Positions 19,544 to 28,771 of a stretch of 64,000 nucleotides of DNA are shown here, piece after piece. This DNA is from Alphaproteobacteria bacterium (GTDB taxonomy: Bacteria > Pseudomonadota > Alphaproteobacteria > UBA828). The position numbers and the translations under genes were made by a program. The notes beneath the pieces are model-generated. The model made no database searches and was not told the origin of the DNA. It saw only the letters and a program-made list of their open reading frames with translations. The stretch lies in the NCBI GenBank assembly GCA_965221125.1, contig CBDCRW010000005.1:128001-192000 (forward strand), given 5' to 3'. The stretch's first letter is position 1. Each line of letters opens with the position of its first letter.

Positions 19544-20890
19544 ATGAGCGAGGCGGCAAGCGGCCCGATGCGCTTTACGGGCACCAGCGACGAGGTCATC
19601 GACTGGCTGCGCGCCAACGGCGTGCAGCGCGTCCGCATCGAGTACTGCGACTACGGCGGCGTCGCCCGCGGCAAGGCCATGGACGTCGCCCACTTCGCGC
19701 ATTCGCTGCACCACGGCATCGCCTTCTGCGCCACGGTGCTGGCCTTCGACATCGCCGGCAACGTGGTGCCGGGCACCGACTACGGCGAGACCATCGGCTA
19801 CGCCGACTTCATCGCGAAGCCGGACCTCTCGAGCCTGCGCATCCTGCGCCACGAGGCCGACACCGCGCTGGTGATGGGCACGCTCGTCTGGCCCGACGGG
19901 CGGCCGGTCGAGGGCGACCCCCGCAACGTGCTGCACCGCGTGGCCGGGCGCATGGAGGCGATGGGCTTTGGCGCCACCTGCGCGCCGGAGTTCGAGTTCT
20001 TCCTGCTCGACGGCGAGCACGAGATGGTCGACGTCGGCGTGCAGTGCTACTCGATGCAGAAGCGCACCCAGTTCCTCGCCGAAGAATATTCGCTGCTGGA
20101 CGCGGCCGCCGCTCACGGCCAGCTCGAGTGCAGCCACTACGAGTACGGCCCCGGCCAATACGAGGTCAGCATCCGCCACCAGCCGGTGCGCCAGATGGGC
20201 GACGACGGCCATCTCTTCCGCGCCTCCATGAAGGAGGCGGCGATGCAGATGGGCAACCGCGTCACCTTCATGGCCAAGCCCTTCGACAAGATGACCGGCA
20301 ACTCCTGTCACTTCCACCTGTCCCTGGTGGACGGCGACGGCAACAACGCATTCGCAGCACCGGACGAACCGCATCGCATCAACGACACCTGCCGGCACTT
20401 CATCGGCGGCGTGCTGGCGCGGCTCTCGGAGCTCACGGCCATCTTCTTCCCCAACTCGAACTCGTACCGCAGGCTCGTGCCCGGCCTCTTCGCACCGATC
20501 TCGCTCGCCTGGGGCGTGGACAACCGCACCGCGGCGATCCGCGTCATCAACGAGAGCCCGGCCGCGACCCGGCCGGAACTCCGCGTCTGCGGCGGGGACG
20601 TGAACGTCTACCTGGCACTCGCCGCCTACCTCGCCGCCGGCCTCGACGGCATCGCGAACAAGACCGATCCGGGCCCGGCGGCGGAGGGCGACCTCGACAT
20701 GCAGGAGCTGCCCCGGCTGCCCGACGACTGGGGCGAGGCGCTCGACAGGTTCGAGGCGTCGGAGCTGGCCAAGGACTGGTTCGGCGAGGAGTTCTGCCGC
20801 AACTACGCCACGGTCAAGCGCTACGAGTACGACGACGTCCGCCGCCAGGTGCCGGACACCGAGCGCGCGCGCTACGTGGAGTGGTTGTAG
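19544..20890 (+). CDS. Glutamine synthetase-like protein (probable gamma-glutamyl-amine ligase)
   Basis: PEFEFF, EYGPGQYE, HFHLSL, NSYRRL, WGVDNRT, ELR. Flap reads PGLFAP instead of PGYEAP. Confidence 0.85.
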   Translation: MSEAASGPMRFTGTSDEVIDWLRANGVQRVRIEYCDYGGVARGKAMDVAHFAHSLHHGIAFCATVLAFDIAGNVVPGTDYGETIGYADFIAKPDLSSLRILRHEADTALVMGTLVWPDGRPVEGDPRNVLHRVAGRMEAMGFGATCAPEFEFFLLDGEHEMVDVGVQCYSMQKRTQFLAEEYSLLDAAAAHGQLECSHYEYGPGQYEVSIRHQPVRQMGDDGHLFRASMKEAAMQMGNRVTFMAKPFDKMTGNSCHFHLSLVDGDGNNAFAAPDEPHRINDTCRHFIGGVLARLSELTAIFFPNSNSYRRLVPGLFAPISLAWGVDNRTAAIRVINESPAATRPELRVCGGDVNVYLALAAYLAAGLDGIANKTDPGPAAEGDLDMQELPRLPDDWGEALDRFEASELAKDWFGEEFCRNYATVKRYEYDDVRRQVPDTERARYVEWL

Positions 20891-20998
20891 GGCGAGTCCG
20901 ACGAAGTCGGACTCGCCCTACAGGCCGCGACAGCGGCTCGCCGCGTATGCGGCGCCCTCGCGGAGGCGTCGGCCGCAGGCCGACTGCCGTGAGCGATA
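20886..20998 (-). repeat. Repeat family A copy 3 (reverse), ending in a GTAG REP-like palindrome
   Basis: Reverse complement of the core. Perfect 17-bp arms TGTAGGGCGAGTCCGAC-GAA-GTCGGACTCGCCCTACA (20886-20922). Confidence 0.9.
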
Positions 20999-21016
20999 AA
21001 GAAACAATCTTCCCCG

Positions 21017-22246
21017 CTACAGCGGCTCGCCGCGCGCAAGCCGGGGCAGGTCGCCGGCGAGGCCCATGGCGTGGCGCATGAAGAAGCGCTTGAGCGGCGG
21101 CATCTCGTTGACCGCCGCGAGGCCTGCGTCGCGGATCAGGCGCAAGCCCTGACTCTCGTTGGAGAAGAGCCGGTTCAGCCCGTCGGTCACGCCGATCAGC
21201 ACCACCGAATCGAAGCGCCGCCGGCGCTGATAGTGCGTGAGCACGTCGCCCTCGCCGATGTCGAGGCCGAGCCGCGCGCGGTCGACGACGAGCTCGGCCA
21301 GCACCGCGGCGTCGCGGATGCCGAGGTTGAAGCCCTGGCCCGCGAGCGGGTGGATCGCGTGGGCCGCATCGCCGGCGAGCGCGAGGCGGGGCGCGGTGTA
21401 GCGCTTGGCATGGGTGAGCCTGAGGGGATAGCTCCAGCGCGGGCCCGTGGGCTCCAGCGCGCCCAGGAAGTCGCCGAAGCGCGCGCCGAGCTCGCGCGCG
21501 AAAATCTCCGGCGGAGCCTCCATCAGGGCCGGCGCGAGGGCCGCCCGCTCGGTCCACACCAGCGAGGAGCGGTTGCCGGTCATCGGCAGGATGGCGAAGG
21601 GGCCGGCCGGCAGGAAGCGCTCGTGTGCGATGCCCCGGTGCGCCCGCTCGTGGGCGACCGTGCAGACGATCCCCGTCTGCTCGTACGACCAGCGCACGGC
21701 CTCGATCCCGGCGGCGGCGCGCAGCCTGGAGTTGGCGCCGTCGCAGGCGACCGCGAGGCGGGCGCGGACGCACCTGCCGTCCGCGAGCCGGGCCTCGACG
21801 GCGCCAGCCGTGGGCTCCAGCGCCTCGACCGAAGCCGGCGCCACGAGGCGGAGCGCCGGCAGCGCCGCCGCCCGCGCGAGCAAGGCCGCGCGGATGGCCC
21901 GGTTCTCCACGATGAAACCAAGCGGGTCCTCGCCCACGGTCTTGTGGTCGTAGTGGAGGAAAAGCGGCGCATCGTTGTCCGAGACGCGGATCTCCAGGAT
22001 CGGCTGGGCGTCGCCTGCGAGCGCGGGCCAGAGGCCGATGCCGTCCAGCACGCGCATGGAGCCGAGGGCGATGGACGAGACCCGCCCGTCGAACGCGGCA
22101 TCCTTCATCGCCTCCGGCGGCGCGCCGTCGACGACGACCGTCTCAATTCCGGCGCTGCCGAGCGCGACACCGAGGGTAAGCCCGACGAGGCCGCCACCGA
22201 CGATGACGACGTCGCTCTCGATACGCCCGTCAGGCCCGGCCGCCAT
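21017..22246 (-). CDS. UbiH/UbiF/UbiL-family FAD-dependent ubiquinone hydroxylase
   Basis: GGGLVG, DGANSRLR, ERFLPAGPFAILP, GDAAHAIHPLAGQGFNLGIRD. Confidence 0.9.
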   Translation of the reverse strand: MAAGPDGRIESDVVIVGGGLVGLTLGVALGSAGIETVVVDGAPPEAMKDAAFDGRVSSIALGSMRVLDGIGLWPALAGDAQPILEIRVSDNDAPLFLHYDHKTVGEDPLGFIVENRAIRAALLARAAALPALRLVAPASVEALEPTAGAVEARLADGRCVRARLAVACDGANSRLRAAAGIEAVRWSYEQTGIVCTVAHERAHRGIAHERFLPAGPFAILPMTGNRSSLVWTERAALAPALMEAPPEIFARELGARFGDFLGALEPTGPRWSYPLRLTHAKRYTAPRLALAGDAAHAIHPLAGQGFNLGIRDAAVLAELVVDRARLGLDIGEGDVLTHYQRRRRFDSVVLIGVTDGLNRLFSNESQGLRLIRDAGLAAVNEMPPLKRFFMRHAMGLAGDLPRLARGEPL

Positions 22247-22278
22247 GTCCTGCTCTCGGCCTCGTTCGCCGTACCGGG

Positions 22279-22779
22279 CTAGCGCTTGAGGCCCGAAAGA
22301 TCCCAGCCTACCTGGTTGTACATGTCGGGCGCGTTCCAGAGGCCGCGCAGGTACGTGATCCTGCCGTTCTCGACGAAGCAGAGCTGGGAGAACTGGCAGT
22401 CAAAGCGCTGGCCGTTGCCCGGCAGGCCGAAATAGTCCTTCGTGATGGTGCCGCTCATCCAGCCCATGTCGCAGACGACGTTGCCTTGGACGCAGAAGGC
22501 CTCGATATGGAGCGAGAGGTCGGGCACCGCGTCGAGCCAGCCGCCGCCGAATTCGCGGATCGCGTCATGACCTATTGCCGGCGGCAGGGTGATGTCGTGA
22601 TAGACCCCGTCTTCCGCCATCACGGCCACCACCTCCTCGATGTCCTGGCTCGACCAGCCCCGGCACTGCCTGACGAGCAGCGCCAGGTTGTCGCGCTCGG
22701 CGTCGCTCATCTCGCCCAAGCTTTCGACCGGCTCGTCGGCCAGATTGCGCTCGCTCATCAACCACTCGCGTGTGCCCAT
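22279..22779 (-). CDS. SnoaL/NTF2-like protein
   Basis: MAEDGVYHD, GHDAIREF, ENGRI..W pattern; AAGGAG RBS. Confidence 0.7.
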   Translation of the reverse strand: MGTREWLMSERNLADEPVESLGEMSDAERDNLALLVRQCRGWSSQDIEEVVAVMAEDGVYHDITLPPAIGHDAIREFGGGWLDAVPDLSLHIEAFCVQGNVVCDMGWMSGTITKDYFGLPGNGQRFDCQFSQLCFVENGRITYLRGLWNAPDMYNQVGWDLSGLKR

Positions 22780-22909
22780 GCGCCTCTCCTTCGCTCGCGC
22801 CGGTGCGGCGCGCGTCCGCCGTATCATCCCACCAACCCGGACTTCCCGCCACGGCCGCGGCGCCTGCGGGATTTGAAAGAAACTCATGCCGGCGCATAAT
22901 GCCGCGGCG

Positions 22910-23119
22910 ATGGCGGACGTGACGGCAGAACGGCGCGGGCTCGGCGGCAGAGGCCGCCGCAGGCTCCTGATCGGGGCGGGGGCGGCGCTTGGCCTGGGGC
23001 TGGTGGCCGCCAATTGGGGCACCTGCTGCGCGCTCGCCGCCGACGCCTACCAGAGCGTCACCGACTCCTACCTCGTCATGTGGATCGAGCGCGCGGGCAC
23101 CGCGCTCGGCTGCTTCTAG
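22910..23119 (+). CDS. Small membrane-anchored hypothetical protein
   Basis: Short ORF with an RRR-hydrophobic N-terminus, filling the gap before the Hyi-family gene. Confidence 0.4.
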   Translation: MADVTAERRGLGGRGRRRLLIGAGAALGLGLVAANWGTCCALAADAYQSVTDSYLVMWIERAGTALGCF

Positions 23120-23158
23120 CCCGCATTTGCCCCGGGGCCGCCGGGCGCCGGAGGAACC

Positions 23159-23962
23159 ATGCCGAAATTCGCCGCCAACCTCAGCTTCCTCTTCCAGGAG
23201 CACGATTTTCTCGACCGCTTCGCGGCGGCGCGGCGCGCGGGTTTTCGAGCGGTCGAGTATCTGTTCCCCTACGACCTCGCGCCGCCGGCGGAGATCGCGG
23301 GCCGGCTCCAGGACAACGGCCTCACCCAGGTGCTCTTCAACCTCGGCCAGGGGGACTGGGAGGCCGGCGAGCGCGGCATCGTCGCGCTGCCCGGCAGACA
23401 GGACGACGTGCGGCGCGCGGTGGACGACGCGCTCCGCTACGCCGATGCGCTCGGCTGCCGCCAGCTCCACGTGATGGCGGGCCTGGTGCCGGAGGGCGCG
23501 GACGAGCGCGCCTACGAGGACACGTTCGCCGGAAACCTCGCCTACGCGGCCGATGCGTTAGGCCGCGAGGGCGTCCGCGCGCTCGTCGAGCCGCTGAACA
23601 CGATCGACATGCCGGGCTACCTGCTCACCACCGCCGGCCAGGCGCAGCGGCTGATCGAGACGGTCGGCAGCAAGAACCTGTTCCTGCAGTACGACTTCTA
23701 TCACCGCCAGATCATGGAAGGCAGCCTCGCCACCGGCTTCGCGCAGTACCGGGACATCGTCAGCCACATCCAGATCTCCGGCGTGCCCGGCCGCCACGAG
23801 CCCGACGTCGGCGAGATCAACTACCCCTACCTCTTCGACATGCTGGATAACGCGGGCTACGACGGCTGGATCGGCTGCGAGTACCGGCCCAAGGGGGGCA
23901 CGCTGGAGGGCCTGGGCTGGCTCATGCCCTACGGCATCGGCGCTGCGGTAATCACCGCCTGA
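23159..23962 (+). CDS. Hydroxypyruvate isomerase / 2-oxo-tetronate isomerase (Hyi/OtnI family)
   Basis: MPKFAANLSFLF, VEYLFPY, EPLN, YHRQIMEG, PGRHEPD.GEINY, GCEYRP. Confidence 0.9.
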   Translation: MPKFAANLSFLFQEHDFLDRFAAARRAGFRAVEYLFPYDLAPPAEIAGRLQDNGLTQVLFNLGQGDWEAGERGIVALPGRQDDVRRAVDDALRYADALGCRQLHVMAGLVPEGADERAYEDTFAGNLAYAADALGREGVRALVEPLNTIDMPGYLLTTAGQAQRLIETVGSKNLFLQYDFYHRQIMEGSLATGFAQYRDIVSHIQISGVPGRHEPDVGEINYPYLFDMLDNAGYDGWIGCEYRPKGGTLEGLGWLMPYGIGAAVITA

Positions 23963-23997
23963 ACCGCCGGGGTGCGGCGGCGACAAAGGGGACGACG

Positions 23998-24633
23998 ATG
24001 AGCGACGACACCTATCAGGACATCGGCTACGGCGCGATGGAGATCGGCTTCGGCGAGCGGCCGGGCGTCCTCGTGGTCGACTTCCAGACCGGCTTCACCC
24101 AGCCGCAATTCCCCATGGGGGGCTGCCCGCTGGTGCATCGCGCCGTGGAGAACACCGCGCGGGTGCTCGAAGCCGCCCGCGCGGCGCGGGTGCCGGTCGC
24201 CAACTGCTACACCGCCTATCACTCCGAGGGCGACATGCCCTACTGGAAGATCGCGCCTGTGCGCGAGAACTTCTTCGAGGGAGACCCCTGCGCCGAGATG
24301 GAGCCCCGCACCTCCGACCCCGACTACGACTACATCCTGCGCAAGTCCGGCCCCTCGATCTTCTTCCAGACGCCGGTCACGGCCTTCCTCACCAAGCACG
24401 GGGTGGACACGACCATCGTCATGGGCTGCATGACCAGCGGCTGCATCCGCGCCTCGGTGATCGATTCCTTCTCCTACGGCTACCGCACCATGGTGCCGGA
24501 GGACTGCGTCGGCGATGCCGACGAGCGCCCGCACCGGGACAACCTGCGCGACGTGGGCCGGCGCTACGCCGACATCGTCTCGTCCGAGCGCGTGCTGGAC
24601 TACCTCGACGAGATCAGGAAAAGAAACGTCTGA
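23998..24633 (+). CDS. Isochorismatase-family cysteine hydrolase (N-carbamoylsarcosine/maleamate amidase-like)
   Basis: Triad D (VVDFQ), K (RKSGPS), C (TSGCIRAS). Confidence 0.85.
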   Translation: MSDDTYQDIGYGAMEIGFGERPGVLVVDFQTGFTQPQFPMGGCPLVHRAVENTARVLEAARAARVPVANCYTAYHSEGDMPYWKIAPVRENFFEGDPCAEMEPRTSDPDYDYILRKSGPSIFFQTPVTAFLTKHGVDTTIVMGCMTSGCIRASVIDSFSYGYRTMVPEDCVGDADERPHRDNLRDVGRRYADIVSSERVLDYLDEIRKRNV

Positions 24634-24645
24634 AGGCGGCCAAAC

Positions 24646-24939
24646 CTAACAAGACGGCCTGAGCCGGTAGGGATCGGGCGAAGGCGCGATGTCGGCGCGG
24701 CCGGGCGCGAGCGCCTGCCCCTTCAGGGCCGCAGCGCGCAGAGTCGCCTCGTCGACGGCGCGCTTCTCGTTGAGCGCGCGGGCGAGCGAGAGCGCCGCGC
24801 GCCGCGTCTGGCAGGTGCCGACGAAGGCGTAGAGCCGGCGCCCCCTGGCGTGCTCCTCGGCCCGGACGACGCGCCAGGTCGAGTCCTCGCCTACCAGCCC
24901 CTCCACGACCAGGTAGTGGGTGGGCGTCTCCTCACTCAT
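24646..24939 (-). CDS. Hypothetical protein (97 aa), probably leaderless
   Basis: ORF fills the gap; TTGCCG-N17-TAGCCT lies 7 nt before the ATG. Confidence 0.55.
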   Translation of the reverse strand: MSEETPTHYLVVEGLVGEDSTWRVVRAEEHARGRRLYAFVGTCQTRRAALSLARALNEKRAVDEATLRAAALKGQALAPGRADIAPSPDPYRLRPSC

Positions 24940-25010
24940 GGCGCCGAGGCTAGACCCGCGCGCGGACCCCGGCAACCCGTTCGCCCGCTTGCGTGGAAGA
25001 TGGGAGCCGG

Positions 25011-25121
25011 CCCCCTCCTCTCCCCGTCCCTCTCCTCCCCAGGGAGGAGAGGGGGCGCCACCCGGCCGGGCTACGTCCCCCCTCCGCCCTCCGGGGGGAG
25101 GGGGACAGGGGGAGGTGGGGG
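25011..25121 (+). repeat. Repeat family B copy 1
   Basis: CCCTCTCCTCCC..GGGAGGAGAGGG hairpin, spacer, then CCCCCTCCGCCC...GGAGGGGGACAGGGGGAGGTGGG. Confidence 0.88.
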
Positions 25122-25138
25122 TCGCTCGGTGGATATGG

Positions 25139-25999
25139 TTACCGCCCGTCGCGGACGTGCTTGTAGATCTCGGTGAAGTCGGAGTCCGGGTGCGCGGCCT
25201 CCATGCCGTCCCAGATCTCGCGGAGCTGGCCGGCGAGGCGGCCGGGCGCGCCGGCAGCGGCGACGCTCGCCTGGTAGAGGCGGATGTCCTTCGCCATGAG
25301 CTTTGTCGCGAAGCCGGAATCGAAGGCGCCGGTGGCGATGCGGTTGGGGAACTTGTCCTCGGTCGCGGTATTGCGCCCGGTGGAGAGATTGACCGTCTCC
25401 AGGATCATGGTCATGTCGAGGCCCTGGCCGACGCCGAAGGCCACCGCCTCGCTGGTCGCCGCCATCGCCGTGGCCGAGAGGAAGTTGTTGAGGAGCTTCA
25501 TCGCCATGCCGTGGCCGGGCCGGGTGCCGACCTGGCGCGCGTTCGCTGCCATCGGGCGCAAGTAGGGCTCGATCTCGGCGTAGAGGTCGTCGGGTGCCGC
25601 CACCATCATGGCGAGCGTGCCGGCCTTCGAGCCCTTGGTGCCGCCGCTCACCGGCGCATCGGCGTAGCGGATGCCGGCTTGGGCCAGCAGGTCGTGAGCC
25701 GCTTGCGCGTCGTGCATGCCGGCGGTGGTGCTGTCCACCACGATCGCAGCCGCGCGGTTCGGGCAATCGGCGATCTCGTGGGCCACCTTCAGCACGGTCG
25801 GCCCGTCGGGCAGGCAGAGGAAGACGATCCGCGCCCTCTGCGACACTTCCGCCGCAGACTCGGCGCAGGGCGCGCCCGGCGGCGCCAGCGCTTCCGTGCC
25901 GGCGGCGTCGAAGCACACGACCTCGTGGCCCGCGGCGGCCAGGTTGTGCGCCATCGGCCCGCCCATGTTGCCGAGGCCGATGAAGCCGAGGGTGGGCAT
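25139..25999 (-). CDS. 3-hydroxyisobutyrate dehydrogenase-family NAD(P) oxidoreductase
   Basis: GFIGLGNMGGPMA, DAPVSGG, MKLLNN; start overlaps the upstream stop. Confidence 0.9.
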   Translation of the reverse strand: MPTLGFIGLGNMGGPMAHNLAAAGHEVVCFDAAGTEALAPPGAPCAESAAEVSQRARIVFLCLPDGPTVLKVAHEIADCPNRAAAIVVDSTTAGMHDAQAAHDLLAQAGIRYADAPVSGGTKGSKAGTLAMMVAAPDDLYAEIEPYLRPMAANARQVGTRPGHGMAMKLLNNFLSATAMAATSEAVAFGVGQGLDMTMILETVNLSTGRNTATEDKFPNRIATGAFDSGFATKLMAKDIRLYQASVAAAGAPGRLAGQLREIWDGMEAAHPDSDFTEIYKHVRDGR

Positions 26000-26388
26000 C
26001 AGCCGCCCTCCGCCTTGCGGTGCTCGTCGACCACGCGGCGCGCGATGCGGAAGCCTTCGACCGCCGCCGGCGCCCCGCAATAGACGGCGACCTGAATCAG
26101 CGTCTCCTTGATCTCGTCGACGCTCGCGCCGTTGCGGAGCGCGCCCTTGAGATGCAGCTCCAGCTCGTGGCTGCGGCCGAGCGCGGACAGCATGCAGATG
26201 TTGTTGAGGCTGCGCTGCTTGCGGCTCAGCCCCGGCCGGCCCCACACCGCGCCCCAGCAGTACTCGGTAAGGATCTCCTGAAACTCCTGGTTGAAGTCGT
26301 CGGCGCTGCCGATGGCGCGGTCGACGTACTCCGCGCCCAGCACCTCGCGCCGGATCTGGAGGCCTTTCTCGTACATCTCGTTGGGCAT
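25999..26388 (-). CDS. Carboxymuconolactone decarboxylase family protein (PcaC-like)
   Basis: GLQIRREVLG.EYV, WGAVWGRPGL, HLKGALRNG, AVYCGAPA. Confidence 0.88.
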   Translation of the reverse strand: MPNEMYEKGLQIRREVLGAEYVDRAIGSADDFNQEFQEILTEYCWGAVWGRPGLSRKQRSLNNICMLSALGRSHELELHLKGALRNGASVDEIKETLIQVAVYCGAPAAVEGFRIARRVVDEHRKAEGG

Positions 26389-26413
26389 GGCGGTTGCTCT
26401 CCTGCGTGGAGGT

Positions 26414-27580
26414 CTAATCGGCCGTGTGGGCCGCGAGGAATTCTTCGTCGATAGTGACGCCGAGGCCGGGGCGGTCGGGAATGGCGATCATGCCGTCCAC
26501 CACCTCGAAGTTCTCCTCGGCGAGGTCGTGGAGCAGCGGGTTGGCGCCGAGCGAGTACTCGGCGATCACCGCGGCCGGCGAGGCCGCCATGACCTGAAGG
26601 CCGGCGGCGAAGTTGAGCGCGCCGCCCCAGAGGTGGGGTGCCAGCTTGATGCCGTAGCTCTCGGCCAGCGCCGCGATGCGCACGGCCTCGGTAATCCCAC
26701 CCGCGATGGCGAGGTCGGGCTGGAAGTAGTCCACGGCCTCGTGCTCCGCCAGGTCGCGGAAGTCGAAGCGGGTGAACTCGCTCTCGCCGGCGGTGATCGG
26801 GATGTCGGTCGCGGCCCGCACGGTGGCCATGCCGGCCCTGTCGTCCACGTTCACCGGCTCCTCGAACCAGGCAAGGTCGCAGTCCTCCACCTGGCGCGCG
26901 AAGCGGAGCGCTTCCTTCACCGAATAGGTGCCGTGGGCGTCCACCATGATGTCGACGTCGTCGCCGAGATGGGCGCGCGCGGCGTGGACGCGGCGCACCG
27001 AGGTCGGGACATCGCCGTCGCCTGCGCCGACGCGCATCTTCACGGCGCGGAAGCCGCCGCGTGCGATGTAGCTTTCGAGCTGCTCGCCGATCGCCTCGGC
27101 CGGCGCCCAGCCGCCGGAGGCGTAGGCCGGGAGCGACTCCCGGCACCTGCCGCCGAGGAGCTGCCACACCGGCACCCCGAGGGAGCGGCCGAGGATATCC
27201 CAGCAGGCCATGTCGATGGCGCCGATGGCACTGATCCTGCTGCCGCGGCGGTCCAGCACGGGGAAGCCCCGGCCGCGCGTGAGCGCGAAGTGCGCGCGGC
27301 CGCCGTTGTAGCCCAGCTCCCACAGGCGGCGCGGGTTGCGCGGGTCCTCGCCCACCAGCGCGGGCCCGAGATCGCGGTTGATGAGCGCGGCCATCGCCGC
27401 GTTGTTGCCCATGCTGCCGACCGAGGCCTTGGCCTCGCCCCAGCCGACCAGTCCGCATGCGGTCTCGATCCTGACGATGGTGGCGTCGAAGTAGTCGGCG
27501 ACCCCGAGGTCGCTCCTGTGCTGCTGCGCCTTGGGGATCGGCACGTGCACCCAGCGTGCCGTGACGCTCTCGATCTTCAT
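26414..27580 (-). CDS. Mandelate racemase/muconate lactonizing (enolase superfamily) enzyme
   Basis: DMACWDILG, KMRVG, MVDAH, WFEEP, AGESE, QPDL, APHLW. Confidence 0.9.
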   Translation of the reverse strand: MKIESVTARWVHVPIPKAQQHRSDLGVADYFDATIVRIETACGLVGWGEAKASVGSMGNNAAMAALINRDLGPALVGEDPRNPRRLWELGYNGGRAHFALTRGRGFPVLDRRGSRISAIGAIDMACWDILGRSLGVPVWQLLGGRCRESLPAYASGGWAPAEAIGEQLESYIARGGFRAVKMRVGAGDGDVPTSVRRVHAARAHLGDDVDIMVDAHGTYSVKEALRFARQVEDCDLAWFEEPVNVDDRAGMATVRAATDIPITAGESEFTRFDFRDLAEHEAVDYFQPDLAIAGGITEAVRIAALAESYGIKLAPHLWGGALNFAAGLQVMAASPAAVIAEYSLGANPLLHDLAEENFEVVDGMIAIPDRPGLGVTIDEEFLAAHTAD

Positions 27581-27605
27581 CGGGCTGCTGTTCCTCGGTG
27601 AACGG

Positions 27606-27992
27606 TCACTCGGCGCGAGGGACCTCGGGGCGTTGCAGGACGGCGGAGAAAATCTCGTCGATGCGCGCGCGCAGCGCCTCGTCCTCGCGGGCGGCGTTGT
27701 AGATCGCGTAGTACTCGTCCGCGTCGATACCGTCGGTCTCGTCGATGGCGCGGGCGAGGTCGGCTTGCGCGTCCTCGATCAGGTCCTCGCGCGCGTCCTC
27801 GTCGGCCGCGCCCTCGATGACCGGCCGCCAGGTCTCGATGCGCTTGCTGACCTCGACGGCGGCGGAGACGAAAGCCGCGAGCGTGGCGTCGCTGTAGTCC
27901 TGCGCGGACGCGCGCGGGGCCGCCGCCAGCACCGCGCCGGCAAGCACGACCACGAGCAGCAGGGACGCGAGCCTGGGTGCGACGCGAGTCAT
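27606..27992 (-). CDS. Exported DUF4168-like protein
   Basis: Signal peptide, YSDATLAAFVSA, and G...EY.AI..A...D.ALRARI. Confidence 0.65.
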   Translation of the reverse strand: MTRVAPRLASLLLVVVLAGAVLAAAPRASAQDYSDATLAAFVSAAVEVSKRIETWRPVIEGAADEDAREDLIEDAQADLARAIDETDGIDADEYYAIYNAAREDEALRARIDEIFSAVLQRPEVPRAE

Positions 27993-28014
27993 GATGCGAA
28001 AGGCGCCGCCGCCA

Positions 28015-28758
28015 CTACGCGCCCGACTGCAGGGTAAAGCTCATCGTCGCCATGGGCGCGTCCGAGAACGGGTCCATGCCCCGCAGGCTGGTGATGGTGC
28101 CGTGCGGCACGGTCGCCGGGTTGTCGAAGGAGAAGTCATCCCCCTCCTCGGTGCCGGCATCCCAGGGGTAGAGGTTCACCGTGAGCGCCTCGATCCATTC
28201 GCCCTCGTCATCCAGCAGGGAGAGGCCGAAGACGCCGACGAACCAGTCGGAGCTCGGCGCGATCATCGTGAGCAGGGTGATGCGTGAATGCTCGGCGGTA
28301 AGCGTGACGGTGTCGAAGGAATCCGAGGCCGTCGCCCCCGGCCCCGACTCCTTGCGGAGCACGCTCAGCGCGTTCGCACCCGCTGCCTCGATCTCTTCCG
28401 TGAGCGTCGCCGTCCGCCCGCGCTCCGCCATGGATTCGATCCCGGGTGTGGCCTTGCCGCCGGCCTCCAGGAACGCCACGTCCCCGTTGTGGACGCCGCC
28501 GATCAGCGGCGAGAAGTGCACACCATCGGGAACGCCGCCCGGCGTGGCCTCGACGGTCCAGGTGCCGGTGAAGGTGACGGTATAGGTCGCGGACGCGCCG
28601 GTGGCGGCCTCGTGAGCCGCGGGGTCGAGCAGCGTCTCGCCGGAGGAATCGCCGTAGGCGGCGCAGCCGGGGACGAACGCGGCGACGAGGAGAGCGGCAT
28701 GGGCCGCGCCGAAGGATCGCGCGCCGCGCCGGGCGGTGCGGCCTGGAGCCTGGTTCAT
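28015..28758 (-). CDS. Spondin_N domain exported protein (possible lipoprotein)
   Basis: YTVTFTGTW, HFSPLIGGVH, MAERG, MIAPSSDWFVGV, LYPWDAGTE; hydrophobic leader ending VPGC. Confidence 0.85.
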   Translation of the reverse strand: MNQAPGRTARRGARSFGAAHAALLVAAFVPGCAAYGDSSGETLLDPAAHEAATGASATYTVTFTGTWTVEATPGGVPDGVHFSPLIGGVHNGDVAFLEAGGKATPGIESMAERGRTATLTEEIEAAGANALSVLRKESGPGATASDSFDTVTLTAEHSRITLLTMIAPSSDWFVGVFGLSLLDDEGEWIEALTVNLYPWDAGTEEGDDFSFDNPATVPHGTITSLRGMDPFSDAPMATMSFTLQSGA

Positions 28759-28771
28759 CGCGTGGTCTCCT

